Shown here in pieces: positions 40,242 through 49,646 of a DNA stretch of 64,000 bases. Both the position numbers and the translations under genes were made by a program. Positions within the stretch are counted from its first letter, which is position 1, and each line of letters starts with the position of its first letter. This stretch comes from an uncultured Candidatus Saccharibacteria bacterium (GTDB lineage: Bacteria; Patescibacteriota; Minisyncoccia; Phycocordibacterales; UBA9973), in assembly GCA_964544225.1 (NCBI GenBank), contig CAZIZK010000001.1, forward strand, positions 207,477-271,476, read 5' to 3'. The notes under the pieces were generated by a model. The model did no database searches and was not told the DNA's origin. It saw nothing but the letters and a program-made list of their open reading frames with translations.

Positions 40242-41171
40242 TTAATAAAATATTTGGTGCTTGGGGCAGAAGTGTGCACTTCGGCCACCGATGACCTTTC
40301 TTATTATAACACCACCACAACGCGCCTTGCTACACTTGTGTGCAAGCTTCCTGTATACATTGTGCTGGTTCTGAAAGTCACCCCTCTTGCCATCTATGTC
40401 CCTGTAGTCACTCATCGAGTCACCACCAAAGTCTATGCCTTTGTTCAATACATCACGCATAGCTTTGTATAGAATCTTTAATTTATCTTTTGGTATCTTA
40501 TTTGTTTTTGACTCTGGGTGAATACCTGACGCCCATAGCATCTCGTCGGAATATATATTGCCAATCCCTGCGATAACTTTTGGGTCCATTAATACAGACT
40601 TTATCACACCACTCTTTTTACCTGATATTATTTTTATAAATTTATCTACAGTAAAGTCGGCATCTAGTGGCTCGGGGCCGATACCTTTTAGGTGGATGCT
40701 GTCATGAGCTGTGTCGCTAGGGACTATGGTAACCTTGCCGAACTTGCGTGAGTCGCAGAATGCTAATTGTTTATTGTTATTGAAAGTAAATACAAAATGC
40801 ACAAACCTATTGTAGGGGTCATGTAGTGCTTCGCGTTCATCTTTGGCTGGGGTCCAGGTATTCTTACTTTTGTTGTATACGTACTTGCCAAATATTAGGT
40901 GCCCAGTCATCTTCATGTGGATGATGATGGTTTTTTTATTGGATAGGTGTATTAGTATGTTCTTTGCACGGCGTTCTACACTTGTAACTTTTGAATTGGT
41001 CACCACTTCTTTGAACTGGTTAAAGAAGGCCAGGCTCTTTATAGTGTGCTTGAAGTCTGGGCGGGAAACTTTATTCTTTGCCAGGTCTGTCCAGACATCT
41101 TTTATCATAAGTTTGGGCAAGACACGCTTCAGGCCATTTACGGTTGTTGTGACTTCTGGAAGTTCGGGCAT
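40242..41171 (-). CDS. mutM: Formamidopyrimidine-DNA glycosylase Fpg/MutM
   Basis: MPELPEV, RRAK, HMKMTG, DSRKFG, GIGNIYSDE, C-terminal zinc finger. Confidence 0.97.
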   Translation of the reverse strand: MPELPEVTTTVNGLKRVLPKLMIKDVWTDLAKNKVSRPDFKHTIKSLAFFNQFKEVVTNSKVTSVERRAKNILIHLSNKKTIIIHMKMTGHLIFGKYVYNKSKNTWTPAKDEREALHDPYNRFVHFVFTFNNNKQLAFCDSRKFGKVTIVPSDTAHDSIHLKGIGPEPLDADFTVDKFIKIISGKKSGVIKSVLMDPKVIAGIGNIYSDEMLWASGIHPESKTNKIPKDKLKILYKAMRDVLNKGIDFGGDSMSDYRDIDGKRGDFQNQHNVYRKLAHKCSKARCGGVIIRKVIGGRSAHFCPKHQIFY

Positions 41172-41172
41172 A

Positions 41173-41745
41173 CTATTTGTTACTCAATAACTTTAGAGCT
41201 TCTTTCACGCGTGCACCTGTGTCGACAATATTTGTCGGAACCTCTTTCAGTGCTTCACGTGCTTCACGCTGGGCATAGCCTAGGGATTGTAGTGCTTCGA
41301 GGGCATCGGCTTCATCACGAAGTGAATAGTCGTTATCATTTGTATTTGCAGACATTTTGTCGCGGAGTTCGATAACAATTTTTTCGGCAGTCTTCTTACC
41401 TATACCAGATACTTTGGTTAGGTAGCTAGTGTCACCAGTGGCAATAGCCCGTGATAGTGTGGTAACAGTGGTAATACCCATGATACCTAGGCCGGATCGT
41501 GGGCCAATACCAGATACAGATATAATCAGCTCAAAGAAGTCGAGCTCGGCCTTGGTCTTGAACCCAAATAGTTCTATCGAATTCTCACGAACAGCCATAT
41601 ATGTCCACAGGCTACAGGCCTGTTCGGGTGTAACCTCCAGCAGGACATCTGGGGTGGTGTATACATTGTACCCAACACCGTTTACGTCCAATACGAGCCT
41701 TTTCTCATCTGCGTATATGCAATTGCCTGAAATGTATGAAATCAT
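41173..41745 (-). CDS. ruvA: Holliday junction DNA-binding protein RuvA
   Basis: DVNGVGY, ISVSGIGPR, VSGIGKKTAEKIVIEL, ALQSLGY. Confidence 0.97.
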   Translation of the reverse strand: MISYISGNCIYADEKRLVLDVNGVGYNVYTTPDVLLEVTPEQACSLWTYMAVRENSIELFGFKTKAELDFFELIISVSGIGPRSGLGIMGITTVTTLSRAIATGDTSYLTKVSGIGKKTAEKIVIELRDKMSANTNDNDYSLRDEADALEALQSLGYAQREAREALKEVPTNIVDTGARVKEALKLLSNK

Positions 41746-41877
41746 GATTTTATTATATCAGATTTGATAATTATGTGCTTTTCTGTTATAGTAACCATAT
41801 TCAAATGTGCCTGTGTCTCGGGTCTTTGGGTAACAAAATTCGTAAATCTTAATTAATAACTAGTAATTTAAATAAAT

Positions 41878-42132
41878 ATGCCAATAACAAAATCAGCAAA
41901 AAAGGCTCTTCGTGGTTCAATGAAGAAGAAGATGGTAAATGACCGCAAGAAGAAAGCTATGAAGGATACTATCAAGAATGTTGAGAAGCTAGTAAAGGAC
42001 AAGAACAAGGATGAAGCAAAGAAGCTTCTACCAAAGGCTTACAGTGCTATCGACAAGGCTGCGAAGACTGGAGTATTGAAGAAGAATACTGCATCTCGCA
42101 AGAAGGCTCGTCTTTCAAAGATCACTAAATAA
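41878..42132 (+). CDS. rpsT: 30S ribosomal protein S20
   Basis: MPITKSAKK...AIDKAAKTGVLKKNTASRKKARL. Confidence 0.97.
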   Translation: MPITKSAKKALRGSMKKKMVNDRKKKAMKDTIKNVEKLVKDKNKDEAKKLLPKAYSAIDKAAKTGVLKKNTASRKKARLSKITK

Positions 42133-42166
42133 TAAAAACCCCTGCAGAAATGCAGGGTTTTTATTT
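42131..42166 (+). terminator. Intrinsic terminator after rpsT
   Basis: aaaacccctgca-gaaa-tgcagggttttt. Confidence 0.75.
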
Positions 42167-42192
42167 ATAATATTATTTTGTATAATACACAT

Positions 42193-42465
42193 ATGACTAA
42201 CGATAATCATTTACTTTTCTTTTACGGTGACGGTTGCCCGCACTGCAAGAGGATGGAGGTACATTTAAACAAGCTCGAGTCTGACCACGGGGTAAAAGTG
42301 GCAAAGCACGAGACTTGGAATAACGAAGACAATATTACTTTTATGGAAACTCTGGATAAGGAACCTTGTGGGGGAGTCCCGTTCTTCTGTAATACAAAGA
42401 CCGGCAAGACCATCTGCGGGGAAGCCAGCTTCGATGAGATAAAGGATTGGGCCGATTGTAAATAA
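42193..42465 (+). CDS. Thioredoxin/glutaredoxin-like protein
   Basis: FFYGDGCPHC, CGGVPFF, ICGE. Confidence 0.85.
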   Translation: MTNDNHLLFFYGDGCPHCKRMEVHLNKLESDHGVKVAKHETWNNEDNITFMETLDKEPCGGVPFFCNTKTGKTICGEASFDEIKDWADCK

Positions 42466-42519
42466 AAAAAAGAAAACGAACCTGAGAGGGTTCGTTTTTT
42501 TTTGAATGGGGGGTGAAGG

Positions 42520-42897
42520 TTACATAAATATAGACCTTAATAGTAGTTTCCATTGTAGGCTATCGTCTAACTTTATAAGTTCCATGTTTATTTTTTTGAA
42601 AAATACAAACATGTTCTTAAATGGAAAATTTTCATTTGCGCTATCCGCAACAAAAGGCCCAATCTTTACATCTACACTTGCCCTTTTGATCGCTATCTTC
42701 ACATTGGTTTCGTGATGGTAGGAATCAGCCGAGGATTTTTGAATCTCCCCAGGTATTTCTACCTTGAAGTCTTTTGGTCTTATGATTCTGTTTAGAAAAA
42801 CAAGAATCCAAATAATAGGGTTCGAGAGTTTCTTCTCAATAGATTCTTTTAAAAGACGGTACTTACTAAAAGAAGTTATTTTTTGCTCATTGTCCAT
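42520..42897 (-). CDS. Hypothetical protein downstream of tRNA-Arg
   Basis: 125-aa ORF with its own ttgact-N16-tagaat promoter (42955-42928); no motif recognised. Confidence 0.45.
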   Translation of the reverse strand: MDNEQKITSFSKYRLLKESIEKKLSNPIIWILVFLNRIIRPKDFKVEIPGEIQKSSADSYHHETNVKIAIKRASVDVKIGPFVADSANENFPFKNMFVFFKKINMELIKLDDSLQWKLLLRSIFM

Positions 42898-42984
42898 GGT
42901 AAAAAGTATTAAATTTGTTTGTATAAAATTCTACGCTTTTATAATGGGAAGTCAAATACAAAAAGCCCCGAAGGGCTTTATTTG

Positions 42985-43056
42985 TGATCCCGGCAGGAAT
43001 CGAACCTGCATCGCAACTTCCGCAAAGTTGCGTCCTATCCATTGAACGACGGGACC
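42985..43056 (-). tRNA. tRNA-Arg(GCG)
   Basis: ggtcccg acceptor stem; caact-ttgcgga-agttg anticodon arm; gcaggttcgattcctgc T-arm. Confidence 0.92.
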
Positions 43057-43097
43057 ATTACCCGTCTAATTTATAACAAAAATCACGTTTTGGCAAG

Positions 43098-43559
43098 TTA
43101 TAACCCTAATTTGTCTGCGAGCATCATTGATTTGGATTCAGATATCTCTACTTCTGGCAGGTGGCTTGGGAGCATGAGCTTCACCTCATTCTCGGCATAT
43201 TGTGGTAGTGGGATAGTCAGTATAGGCAGGAAGTATTTAGATGTTTCTACTAATAGCTTTGGCTTTTCACCTTCGATTATTTTATAACCCTTGAGGCTTT
43301 TAAATTCATACATATTGTCATCCATCTTGATACCAGTTTCATTGATCTCTATATTGTATTCGTGTGGGGGAGTGACTTTGAAATAAATTAGTAAGAACCC
43401 AGATATAAGTATAAAGATAGCGAACAGATATGTGTGGAAATATACTGCCACCCCTGCACCCACCACAGCCACAAGCCCTAGTGTCCATAGCCAGTCGTTC
43501 GACTTTGGTTTGTGTTCATACTCGAAAGCTTTCCAAGTTAAAGTTTGTTTGTTGTCCAT
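43098..43559 (-). CDS. Hypothetical two-TM membrane protein
   Basis: WKAFEYEHKPKSNDW, two TMs, then a beta-rich soluble domain. Confidence 0.8.
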   Translation of the reverse strand: MDNKQTLTWKAFEYEHKPKSNDWLWTLGLVAVVGAGVAVYFHTYLFAIFILISGFLLIYFKVTPPHEYNIEINETGIKMDDNMYEFKSLKGYKIIEGEKPKLLVETSKYFLPILTIPLPQYAENEVKLMLPSHLPEVEISESKSMMLADKLGL

Positions 43560-43629
43560 ATTTATAATTATATCAGTATATGTACAAAAGGCTATACCTA
43601 ATTATTTAATATGTTATAATCTTCGTATT

Positions 43630-44055
43630 ATGAAGCATATAGTAAAAAGTGATGTTGTAAAAGGTTTTAGGGAGTTTGTGATCAGAGGGAACGCTATTGA
43701 TCTAGCTGTTGGTATTGTTGTAGGAGCAGCCTTTACGTCGGTTGTAAATGCTCTAGTAAAGGGCCTGATTACTCCGCTTATTGGTGCCATTGCTCGGGTT
43801 CCTGATTTTTCTGGATTGTATTTCACATTTCGTGATAGTAAGTTTATGTATGGCGATTTTATCAATACTCTTATTTCTTTTGTTCTATCCGCGGCAGCTA
43901 TATATTTCTTTGTTATTGTACCTATGAATAGTTTGAAGAAGAGAATAGATAAAAACAAACCCAAAGAGGATCCAACAACAAAGGATTGTGCTGAGTGTAT
44001 GAGTACTATACACATAAAGGCAAAGCGCTGCGCACATTGTGGGCAGGCGGTTTAG
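43630..44055 (+). CDS. mscL: Large-conductance mechanosensitive channel with a C-terminal zinc ribbon
   Basis: FREFVIRGNAIDLAVGIVVGAAFT, YGDFIN; CAEC...CAHC. Confidence 0.95.
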   Translation: MKHIVKSDVVKGFREFVIRGNAIDLAVGIVVGAAFTSVVNALVKGLITPLIGAIARVPDFSGLYFTFRDSKFMYGDFINTLISFVLSAAAIYFFVIVPMNSLKKRIDKNKPKEDPTTKDCAECMSTIHIKAKRCAHCGQAV

Positions 44056-44089
44056 GGGAAGTAGGGGAGATTCGCCGATACTTTAAAAA

Positions 44090-44258
44090 CGGGTGGACCG
44101 CGAGTATGCTTTTCGAACCTTACAGGTTCAGCACACCTTTTCCATTCGCGAATACACTCATAAGGAAAAGGTTTTCGAATCCCCCACGCAAGCAAATAAA
44201 TTTGCTTGCTCGCCGCAAAAAGAAAAAGCTCGACATGATGTCGAGCTTTTTCTTTTTG
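44090..44258 (-). repeat. tRNA-downstream structured element (copy A, after tRNA-Ser)
   Basis: Nested hairpins; minus-strand cctgtaaggttcgaaaagcatactcgcggtcc matches 61283-61314 at 30/32. Confidence 0.7.
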
Positions 44259-44345
44259 CGGAGGCGGGGGGATTCGAACTCCCGGACCGCGTAAACGGTC
44301 TCTTGTTTTCAAGACAAGTGCCTTCAACCACTCAGCCACACCTCC
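44259..44345 (-). tRNA. tRNA-Ser(TGA)
   Basis: ggaggtg acceptor stem, cttgt-cttgaaa-acaag, long variable arm, discriminator G. Confidence 0.95.
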
Positions 44346-44367
44346 GTATTAACACCATACTATTTAT

Positions 44368-44595
44368 TTATACCTTTCTTTTAAATATTGCCTTTATGTC
44401 TGACATTTTCTTATTTGCTACTTTAAACAAATAATATATGTCCAAGATACTAAAAGTATTCAATACTATCAAGGCTATAAACCAACGCTTGTGGCCCATA
44501 CGAGCTGCTGTCCATACAGCGTAACCCTTCCAAAACAGTACCCAAATTACTATTAATACAAGACCTATAGAAATATCTATATTTGTTGGTATCAT
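44368..44595 (-). CDS. Small membrane protein, DUF5652-like
   Basis: IWVLFWKGYAVWTAAR..HKRWFIALIVLNTFSILDIYY. Confidence 0.8.
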   Translation of the reverse strand: MIPTNIDISIGLVLIVIWVLFWKGYAVWTAARMGHKRWFIALIVLNTFSILDIYYLFKVANKKMSDIKAIFKRKV

Positions 44596-44649
44596 GGGGC
44601 TACTATACCAAAAATAACCTTTTTCTGCAATTATGCTAGACTAATACAT

Positions 44650-45075
44650 ATGAAAACTTTGGGAATCGATTATGGGTCTAAAAGGGTGGGGGTGGCCATG
44701 TCTGACGACGGTGGAACTATGGCTTTTCCATTTGGGGTCCTTTCTAATAATCCAGAACTAATAAATGATATAGCAAAACTGGTTACCGAGCATGAAGTTA
44801 CCGCAATAGTACTCGGCGAGTCTACTGACAGTAGTGGCAAGGCCAATAAAATAATGGGTAGCATCGAGAAGTTTAAGCAGAATATAGAAGCCGACCTAGA
44901 CGTACCTGTTTATTATCAAAAAGAGTTCATGACCAGCCTGCATTCTGGTAATACACTGACCAAAGATATCTTTTCCGACCGACAAATGAAGAAGGATAAG
45001 GAGGTAAAGGATGACTCCAAATCCGCCGCCCTAATATTGCAAAGATATTTAGACAAGAAGAATATAAATAAGTAG
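44650..45075 (+). CDS. ruvX: YqgF/RuvX nuclease
   Basis: LGIDYGSKRVGVAMSD, EFMTS, DSKSAALILQRYLD. Confidence 0.93.
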   Translation: MKTLGIDYGSKRVGVAMSDDGGTMAFPFGVLSNNPELINDIAKLVTEHEVTAIVLGESTDSSGKANKIMGSIEKFKQNIEADLDVPVYYQKEFMTSLHSGNTLTKDIFSDRQMKKDKEVKDDSKSAALILQRYLDKKNINK

Positions 45076-45083
45076 TAAGGAAA

Positions 45084-46832
45084 ATGAATCAAAAATCAGA
45101 AACAAAATCATGCCAAAATTGTAAAAATGACTTTACTATCGAGCCGGAGGATTTTGTGTTTTATGACAAGATGGCTGTACCTGCTCCAACATTCTGCCCG
45201 CAGTGTCGCTTTCAAAGGCGATTGGCTCATAGGAATGACAGGTCTTTATACAGAAGGGAATGTGGACTATGTAATAAGAAAATTTTAAGTATTTACCACA
45301 AGGATTCTGTGATTAAAAATGTATTTTGTCCCGAGTGCTGGTGGGGTGACGGCTGGGACCCATTTAATTACGGAGTAGATTATGATTTTTCGAAAGATTT
45401 CTTTACTCAATATTTTGAATTTAAAAAGAATTCTCCACACCAAAGTGTGTATCATGTTAATTTTGTGAATAGTGAGTATTGTAATTTTGGCCACAGTTAT
45501 AAGAACTGCTATTTAGTTTTTGGTGGATATAATAATGAAAATGTTTCGTATGGAAATTTGATAGGGGATATTATGGATTCCTCTGATGTTTCTTTGTCTA
45601 CCAACTTAGAGATGTGTTATGAGGTGAATAATTGTTTCCACTCATCGAAGCTAAGATTTTGTAATAGTTGCGAGGATTCCAGCGACCTTACTTTCTGTAC
45701 AGATTGCCGAGGGTGCGTATCTTGCTTTGGTTGTGCTGGTTTGCGAAATAAACAATACAATATCTTCAATCAACAATATTCTAAAGCTGAATATGAAGAA
45801 AAATTAAAAGATCTAAACATATCAAGTTTTAAAAATAAAATAGAAATAGAAAATTATTTTAAAAATTTTGCATTACAATACCCGTATCGATATACCAGAA
45901 CTCGTAATGTTGTAGATTGTACTGGGGATGATATTACCAACTCTAAGAACTGTAAAGATGGTGTTTGGGGCCACGGGATGGAGGATTCCAGGTATGTATT
46001 CTTTACTGTAAATGCAAAAGAATGTTATGACATTACCGCTGTTGGTACGTTAACAGGCGGAACAGAACTATTATACGAAGTATCGAGCTCATTTGGTGGA
46101 CACAGGCAGATGGTGGGTATACGTACAGTGGGTGATAGAAATTCTTTTTACAGTGAAGACTGTCATAATTGTAATGATATTTTTGGTTGTATTGGGTTGA
46201 AGAAAAAGTCTTATTGTATCTTTAATAAACAATACTCAAAGGAAGAGTATGAAGAATTGTTACCAAAGATTATTGAACAAATGAAGGCTATGACTTATAC
46301 AGATAAGATGGGGCGTGTTTACGGATTTGGCGAATTTTGGCCTATTGAATTGTCACCGTTTGGCTACAATGAAACAAAGGCTATGGAGTATTTTATTTTA
46401 AATAAAAATGGAGTTCTGGATAAAAGGTTCAATTGGTATGAAAAAGAAGTAAATACTTATGAAGTTACAATGCAGAATATTAATATACCAGACGACAGTA
46501 GTAATGTAGACGAATCAATATTAAATGAAATAATAGAATGTGCACATAGTGAGTGCAATCATGGCTGTACAAAAGCTTTTAAGATAAACCCAAATGAATT
46601 CCAGGTTATAAAACAGTTAGGGGCACCACTACCGAGGGCTTGTCCTAATTGTCGTCATTATGAAAGATTGGACAAACAACAACCTATACAATTCTGGCAG
46701 CGTTCTTGTATGTGTGAACTAACGAACCATGAGCACGAAGGCAAGTGTCAGGTTGAGTTCCAAACTACTTACTCACCTGACAGACCTGAAAAGGTGTATT
46801 GTGAAAAGTGTTATCAACAGGAGGTGGTATAA
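45084..46832 (+). CDS. Cys-rich protein (multiple zinc ribbons plus Cys-containing repeats), paralog 1
   Basis: CQNC, CPQC, CGLC, CPEC, CFGCAGL, FGCIGL, CPNC, YCEKCY. Confidence 0.85.
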   Translation: MNQKSETKSCQNCKNDFTIEPEDFVFYDKMAVPAPTFCPQCRFQRRLAHRNDRSLYRRECGLCNKKILSIYHKDSVIKNVFCPECWWGDGWDPFNYGVDYDFSKDFFTQYFEFKKNSPHQSVYHVNFVNSEYCNFGHSYKNCYLVFGGYNNENVSYGNLIGDIMDSSDVSLSTNLEMCYEVNNCFHSSKLRFCNSCEDSSDLTFCTDCRGCVSCFGCAGLRNKQYNIFNQQYSKAEYEEKLKDLNISSFKNKIEIENYFKNFALQYPYRYTRTRNVVDCTGDDITNSKNCKDGVWGHGMEDSRYVFFTVNAKECYDITAVGTLTGGTELLYEVSSSFGGHRQMVGIRTVGDRNSFYSEDCHNCNDIFGCIGLKKKSYCIFNKQYSKEEYEELLPKIIEQMKAMTYTDKMGRVYGFGEFWPIELSPFGYNETKAMEYFILNKNGVLDKRFNWYEKEVNTYEVTMQNINIPDDSSNVDESILNEIIECAHSECNHGCTKAFKINPNEFQVIKQLGAPLPRACPNCRHYERLDKQQPIQFWQRSCMCELTNHEHEGKCQVEFQTTYSPDRPEKVYCEKCYQQEVV

Positions 46833-46839
46833 TCATCTT

Positions 46840-48555
46840 ATGGTTCGAGAAACAAGAAATTGCCAAAACTGTAAGAATGACTTTACTATCGAGCCGGAGG
46901 ATTTTGTGTTTTATGACAAGATGGCTGTACCTGCTCCAACATTCTGCCCAGATTGTAGGCTTCAACACCGCCTTGCTATTTACAATGAACGATTCCTGTA
47001 TCACTCAAATTGTGAAAATTGTTCTAAAAAAATAATAACAATATATAAAACAGATTCAGGATTCAGGCCATTTTGTGAAGAATGTTTTTCTTCTGACAGC
47101 TGGGATGCAATTGACCAGGGGAGAGATTTTGATTTTTCTCGAGATTTTTTTACCCAATACAGAGATTTGCAAAGGAGCATTCCGGTGAATTATCGTGCCC
47201 ACCTAAATGATATTAATAGTGACTTTTCTAATCAATGTTTCCGTACTAAAAATGCGTACCTTTCTTTTAGTGTTATTGGGGTAGAAGATGTTTTGTATTC
47301 TAAACTAATCAATAGGCCATCTAGGCAGATAATAGATTCATTAAATGTTCGTGAATGTGAAATGTGTTACGAGCTTGTAAATACAACGAGTTCATACGGA
47401 TCCACTTTCTTAACAAATTGTAGGCAATGTGTGACATCACACTTCCTGATCGACTGTGTTGGATGCACTGATTGTTTTATGTCATACAACCTTCGTAATA
47501 AAAGTTATGTGTTTAGAAACAAACAACTTTCAAAAGAAGAGTATTATGAAGCTTTAAATGGGTTAAATAAGAATAAATACTCAGCTCACAAAGAACTTTG
47601 TGAGGAATATAAGGAAATGGCAAATAAAGTTATATATAAATTTTCCACTATTGTTAAGTCAGATGATTGTACTGGTAATATGATAGAAAATTCTCACAAT
47701 GCTAAAAATACTTTTAACTCCTTTTCTGTTGTAGATAGTAAATATATAGGTTTTTCTACAAAGCCAATAAGTGACTCTTATGACGTAACTATAATCGGGC
47801 AAACTGATCAGTGTATAGACATTATTGCTTCTGGTCGTGGTAATTATAAAGTAAAATTTACTTCTGGGGCAGGAGCTTCTTCATCTATGGAATATACTGA
47901 TTGGTGCAATGATTGCCAAGATGTATTTGGTTGTGTGGGATTGCGCAATAAAAAATATTGTATCTTAAATAAACAATACACAAAGGAGGATTATTTTGAA
48001 ATGCGTGAAAAAATAATAGAGCATATGAATAGCAATCCTTTTGTCGACAAGCGAGGTGTTGTTTATAAATACGGAACGTTTTTCCCAATACAACTCTCAC
48101 CATTTGCATATAATGAAACAGTAGCTTTTGAAGAATTTCCACTCTCAAAAGAGGAAACGATAGATTCTGGTTTTGTTTGGTATGAGCAGACAAAGAAGGA
48201 ACATATTCCAACAATACTTAGTACGGATTTGCCAGACAGTATTCCAGTAGATGAAAGTGAAATTCTGAATGAAATCATATCTTGTCCAAATAACGGAGAT
48301 ACAATACGTAATTGTACAGGGGCGTATCGTATTATAAAAGACGAACTTATGTATTATGATAAACTAGGGTTACCATTACCAAGATTCTGTCCTAACTGCA
48401 GATATTATGAAAGAAATGGAAGAACTTTACCATGGAGACTATGGGATAGAAAATGTATGAATAATGGGTGCGAAAATAAATTCCAAACCCCATATGCACC
48501 CGATCGGGCAGAGTTGGTTTATTGTGAAAAGTGTTATCAGCAGGAGGTGGTATAA
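46840..48555 (+). CDS. Cys-rich protein, paralog 2
   Basis: Same architecture; true start ATG 46840 (MVRETRNCQNC). Confidence 0.85.
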   Translation: MVRETRNCQNCKNDFTIEPEDFVFYDKMAVPAPTFCPDCRLQHRLAIYNERFLYHSNCENCSKKIITIYKTDSGFRPFCEECFSSDSWDAIDQGRDFDFSRDFFTQYRDLQRSIPVNYRAHLNDINSDFSNQCFRTKNAYLSFSVIGVEDVLYSKLINRPSRQIIDSLNVRECEMCYELVNTTSSYGSTFLTNCRQCVTSHFLIDCVGCTDCFMSYNLRNKSYVFRNKQLSKEEYYEALNGLNKNKYSAHKELCEEYKEMANKVIYKFSTIVKSDDCTGNMIENSHNAKNTFNSFSVVDSKYIGFSTKPISDSYDVTIIGQTDQCIDIIASGRGNYKVKFTSGAGASSSMEYTDWCNDCQDVFGCVGLRNKKYCILNKQYTKEDYFEMREKIIEHMNSNPFVDKRGVVYKYGTFFPIQLSPFAYNETVAFEEFPLSKEETIDSGFVWYEQTKKEHIPTILSTDLPDSIPVDESEILNEIISCPNNGDTIRNCTGAYRIIKDELMYYDKLGLPLPRFCPNCRYYERNGRTLPWRLWDRKCMNNGCENKFQTPYAPDRAELVYCEKCYQQEVV

Positions 48556-48639
48556 TATAAAATCAATTCGATAGGAATAGGACGGCCGTCTCTATTAAGA
48601 ATACTTTGATTTATATAGAGTAAGTTGTAATATGGATAT

Positions 48640-49014
48640 ATGGAATACGTAAAATACGAAGAATTTAAAAAGATGGATATAAGGGTAGGTACTATAAAAG
48701 AGGTAGAGGCCGTGCCTGATACTGACAAGCTACTAAAATGCATGATCGACTTTGGCGAGGTGGAAGAGATTGGTGAGGGGGAGGATGTAACTGCAACATC
48801 GAAATTGCGCCAGATAGTTTCTGGGATCAAGGAGTATTACCCAGATATTGAGAATCTTGTTGGTAAACAAGTTCTATATATAGTGAACCTAGAACCACGA
48901 AAGATAAAAGGCTACGACAGCAACGGCATGCTCATGGCTGTAGATGGGTTAGATGGCAAGCCTGTATTCCTAATTCCTGAGGGCGAGGTTGCCCCAGGTG
49001 CACAAGTAAGATAA
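48640..49014 (+). CDS. tRNA-binding OB-fold protein (MetRS C-terminal/CsaA-like)
   Basis: FKKMDIRVG, DKLL, RQIVSGI, NLEPRKIKG..SNGML. Confidence 0.88.
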   Translation: MEYVKYEEFKKMDIRVGTIKEVEAVPDTDKLLKCMIDFGEVEEIGEGEDVTATSKLRQIVSGIKEYYPDIENLVGKQVLYIVNLEPRKIKGYDSNGMLMAVDGLDGKPVFLIPEGEVAPGAQVR

Positions 49015-49604
49015 TGCTCGACCCAATACAAATAGTTCAAACAGCTGGATTGATAGGAATATTTCTGATTATATTTGCTGAGTCTGGAGTGTTCTTTGGG
49101 TTCTTCTTACCTGGCGACTCACTCCTTTTTACGGCAGGAGTATTTGCCCATCTTGGATTCTTTAATATTGAAGTACTTATTTTTGGATGCATTGTGTCTG
49201 CCATACTTGGTGGATTTGTCGGTTATTATACCGGTAAAAAGTTGGGACCAAGGTTGTTTGTCAAAGAAGCATCTATTTTCTTTAAAAAGAAATATGTTTT
49301 AGAAGCTGAATATTTTTATAAAAAACATGGGAATGCGGCCATACTTTTAGCCCGATTTATTCCTATTGTACGTACTTTTGCACCGATTATGGCCGGTGTA
49401 GGCAAGATGAAATCATCAACTTTTTCTATATTAAACATAATAAGTGGAATCATTTGGCCACTTGTTGTAACAGGATTGGGTTATTATATTGGAAGCAAGA
49501 TACCGAATGCCCAACACTATCTACTACCTATAAGCTTGGGTATCATACTATTATCGGTAACACCTGTGATATTACGATTCACACGAAAGTTTTTTTCTAA
49601 GTAA
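49014..49604 (+). CDS. DedA family membrane protein
   Basis: FAESG..FGFFLPGDSLLF, ARFIPIVRTFAP..AG. Confidence 0.93.
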   Translation: MLDPIQIVQTAGLIGIFLIIFAESGVFFGFFLPGDSLLFTAGVFAHLGFFNIEVLIFGCIVSAILGGFVGYYTGKKLGPRLFVKEASIFFKKKYVLEAEYFYKKHGNAAILLARFIPIVRTFAPIMAGVGKMKSSTFSILNIISGIIWPLVVTGLGYYIGSKIPNAQHYLLPISLGIILLSVTPVILRFTRKFFSK

Positions 49605-49646
49605 ATTTACTTCATATCTTTGTATTATTATCGTATAATAATAAGG

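Noticed and set aside
41800-41845. Possible rpsT leader riboswitch
   Set aside because: Only a weak imperfect stem is visible; not supportable without covariation data.
43995-44434. ORFs 43995-44294, 44052-44339 and 44093-44434
   Set aside because: They overlap tRNA-Ser and its palindromic trailer; the repeated peptide simply reflects the inverted repeat.
46729-46839. Extended N-termini in the ORF track (also 15068, 19574, 43432, 53873, 57047)
   Set aside because: The extensions overlap upstream genes, tRNAs or terminators; downstream ATGs match family starts and -10 spacing.
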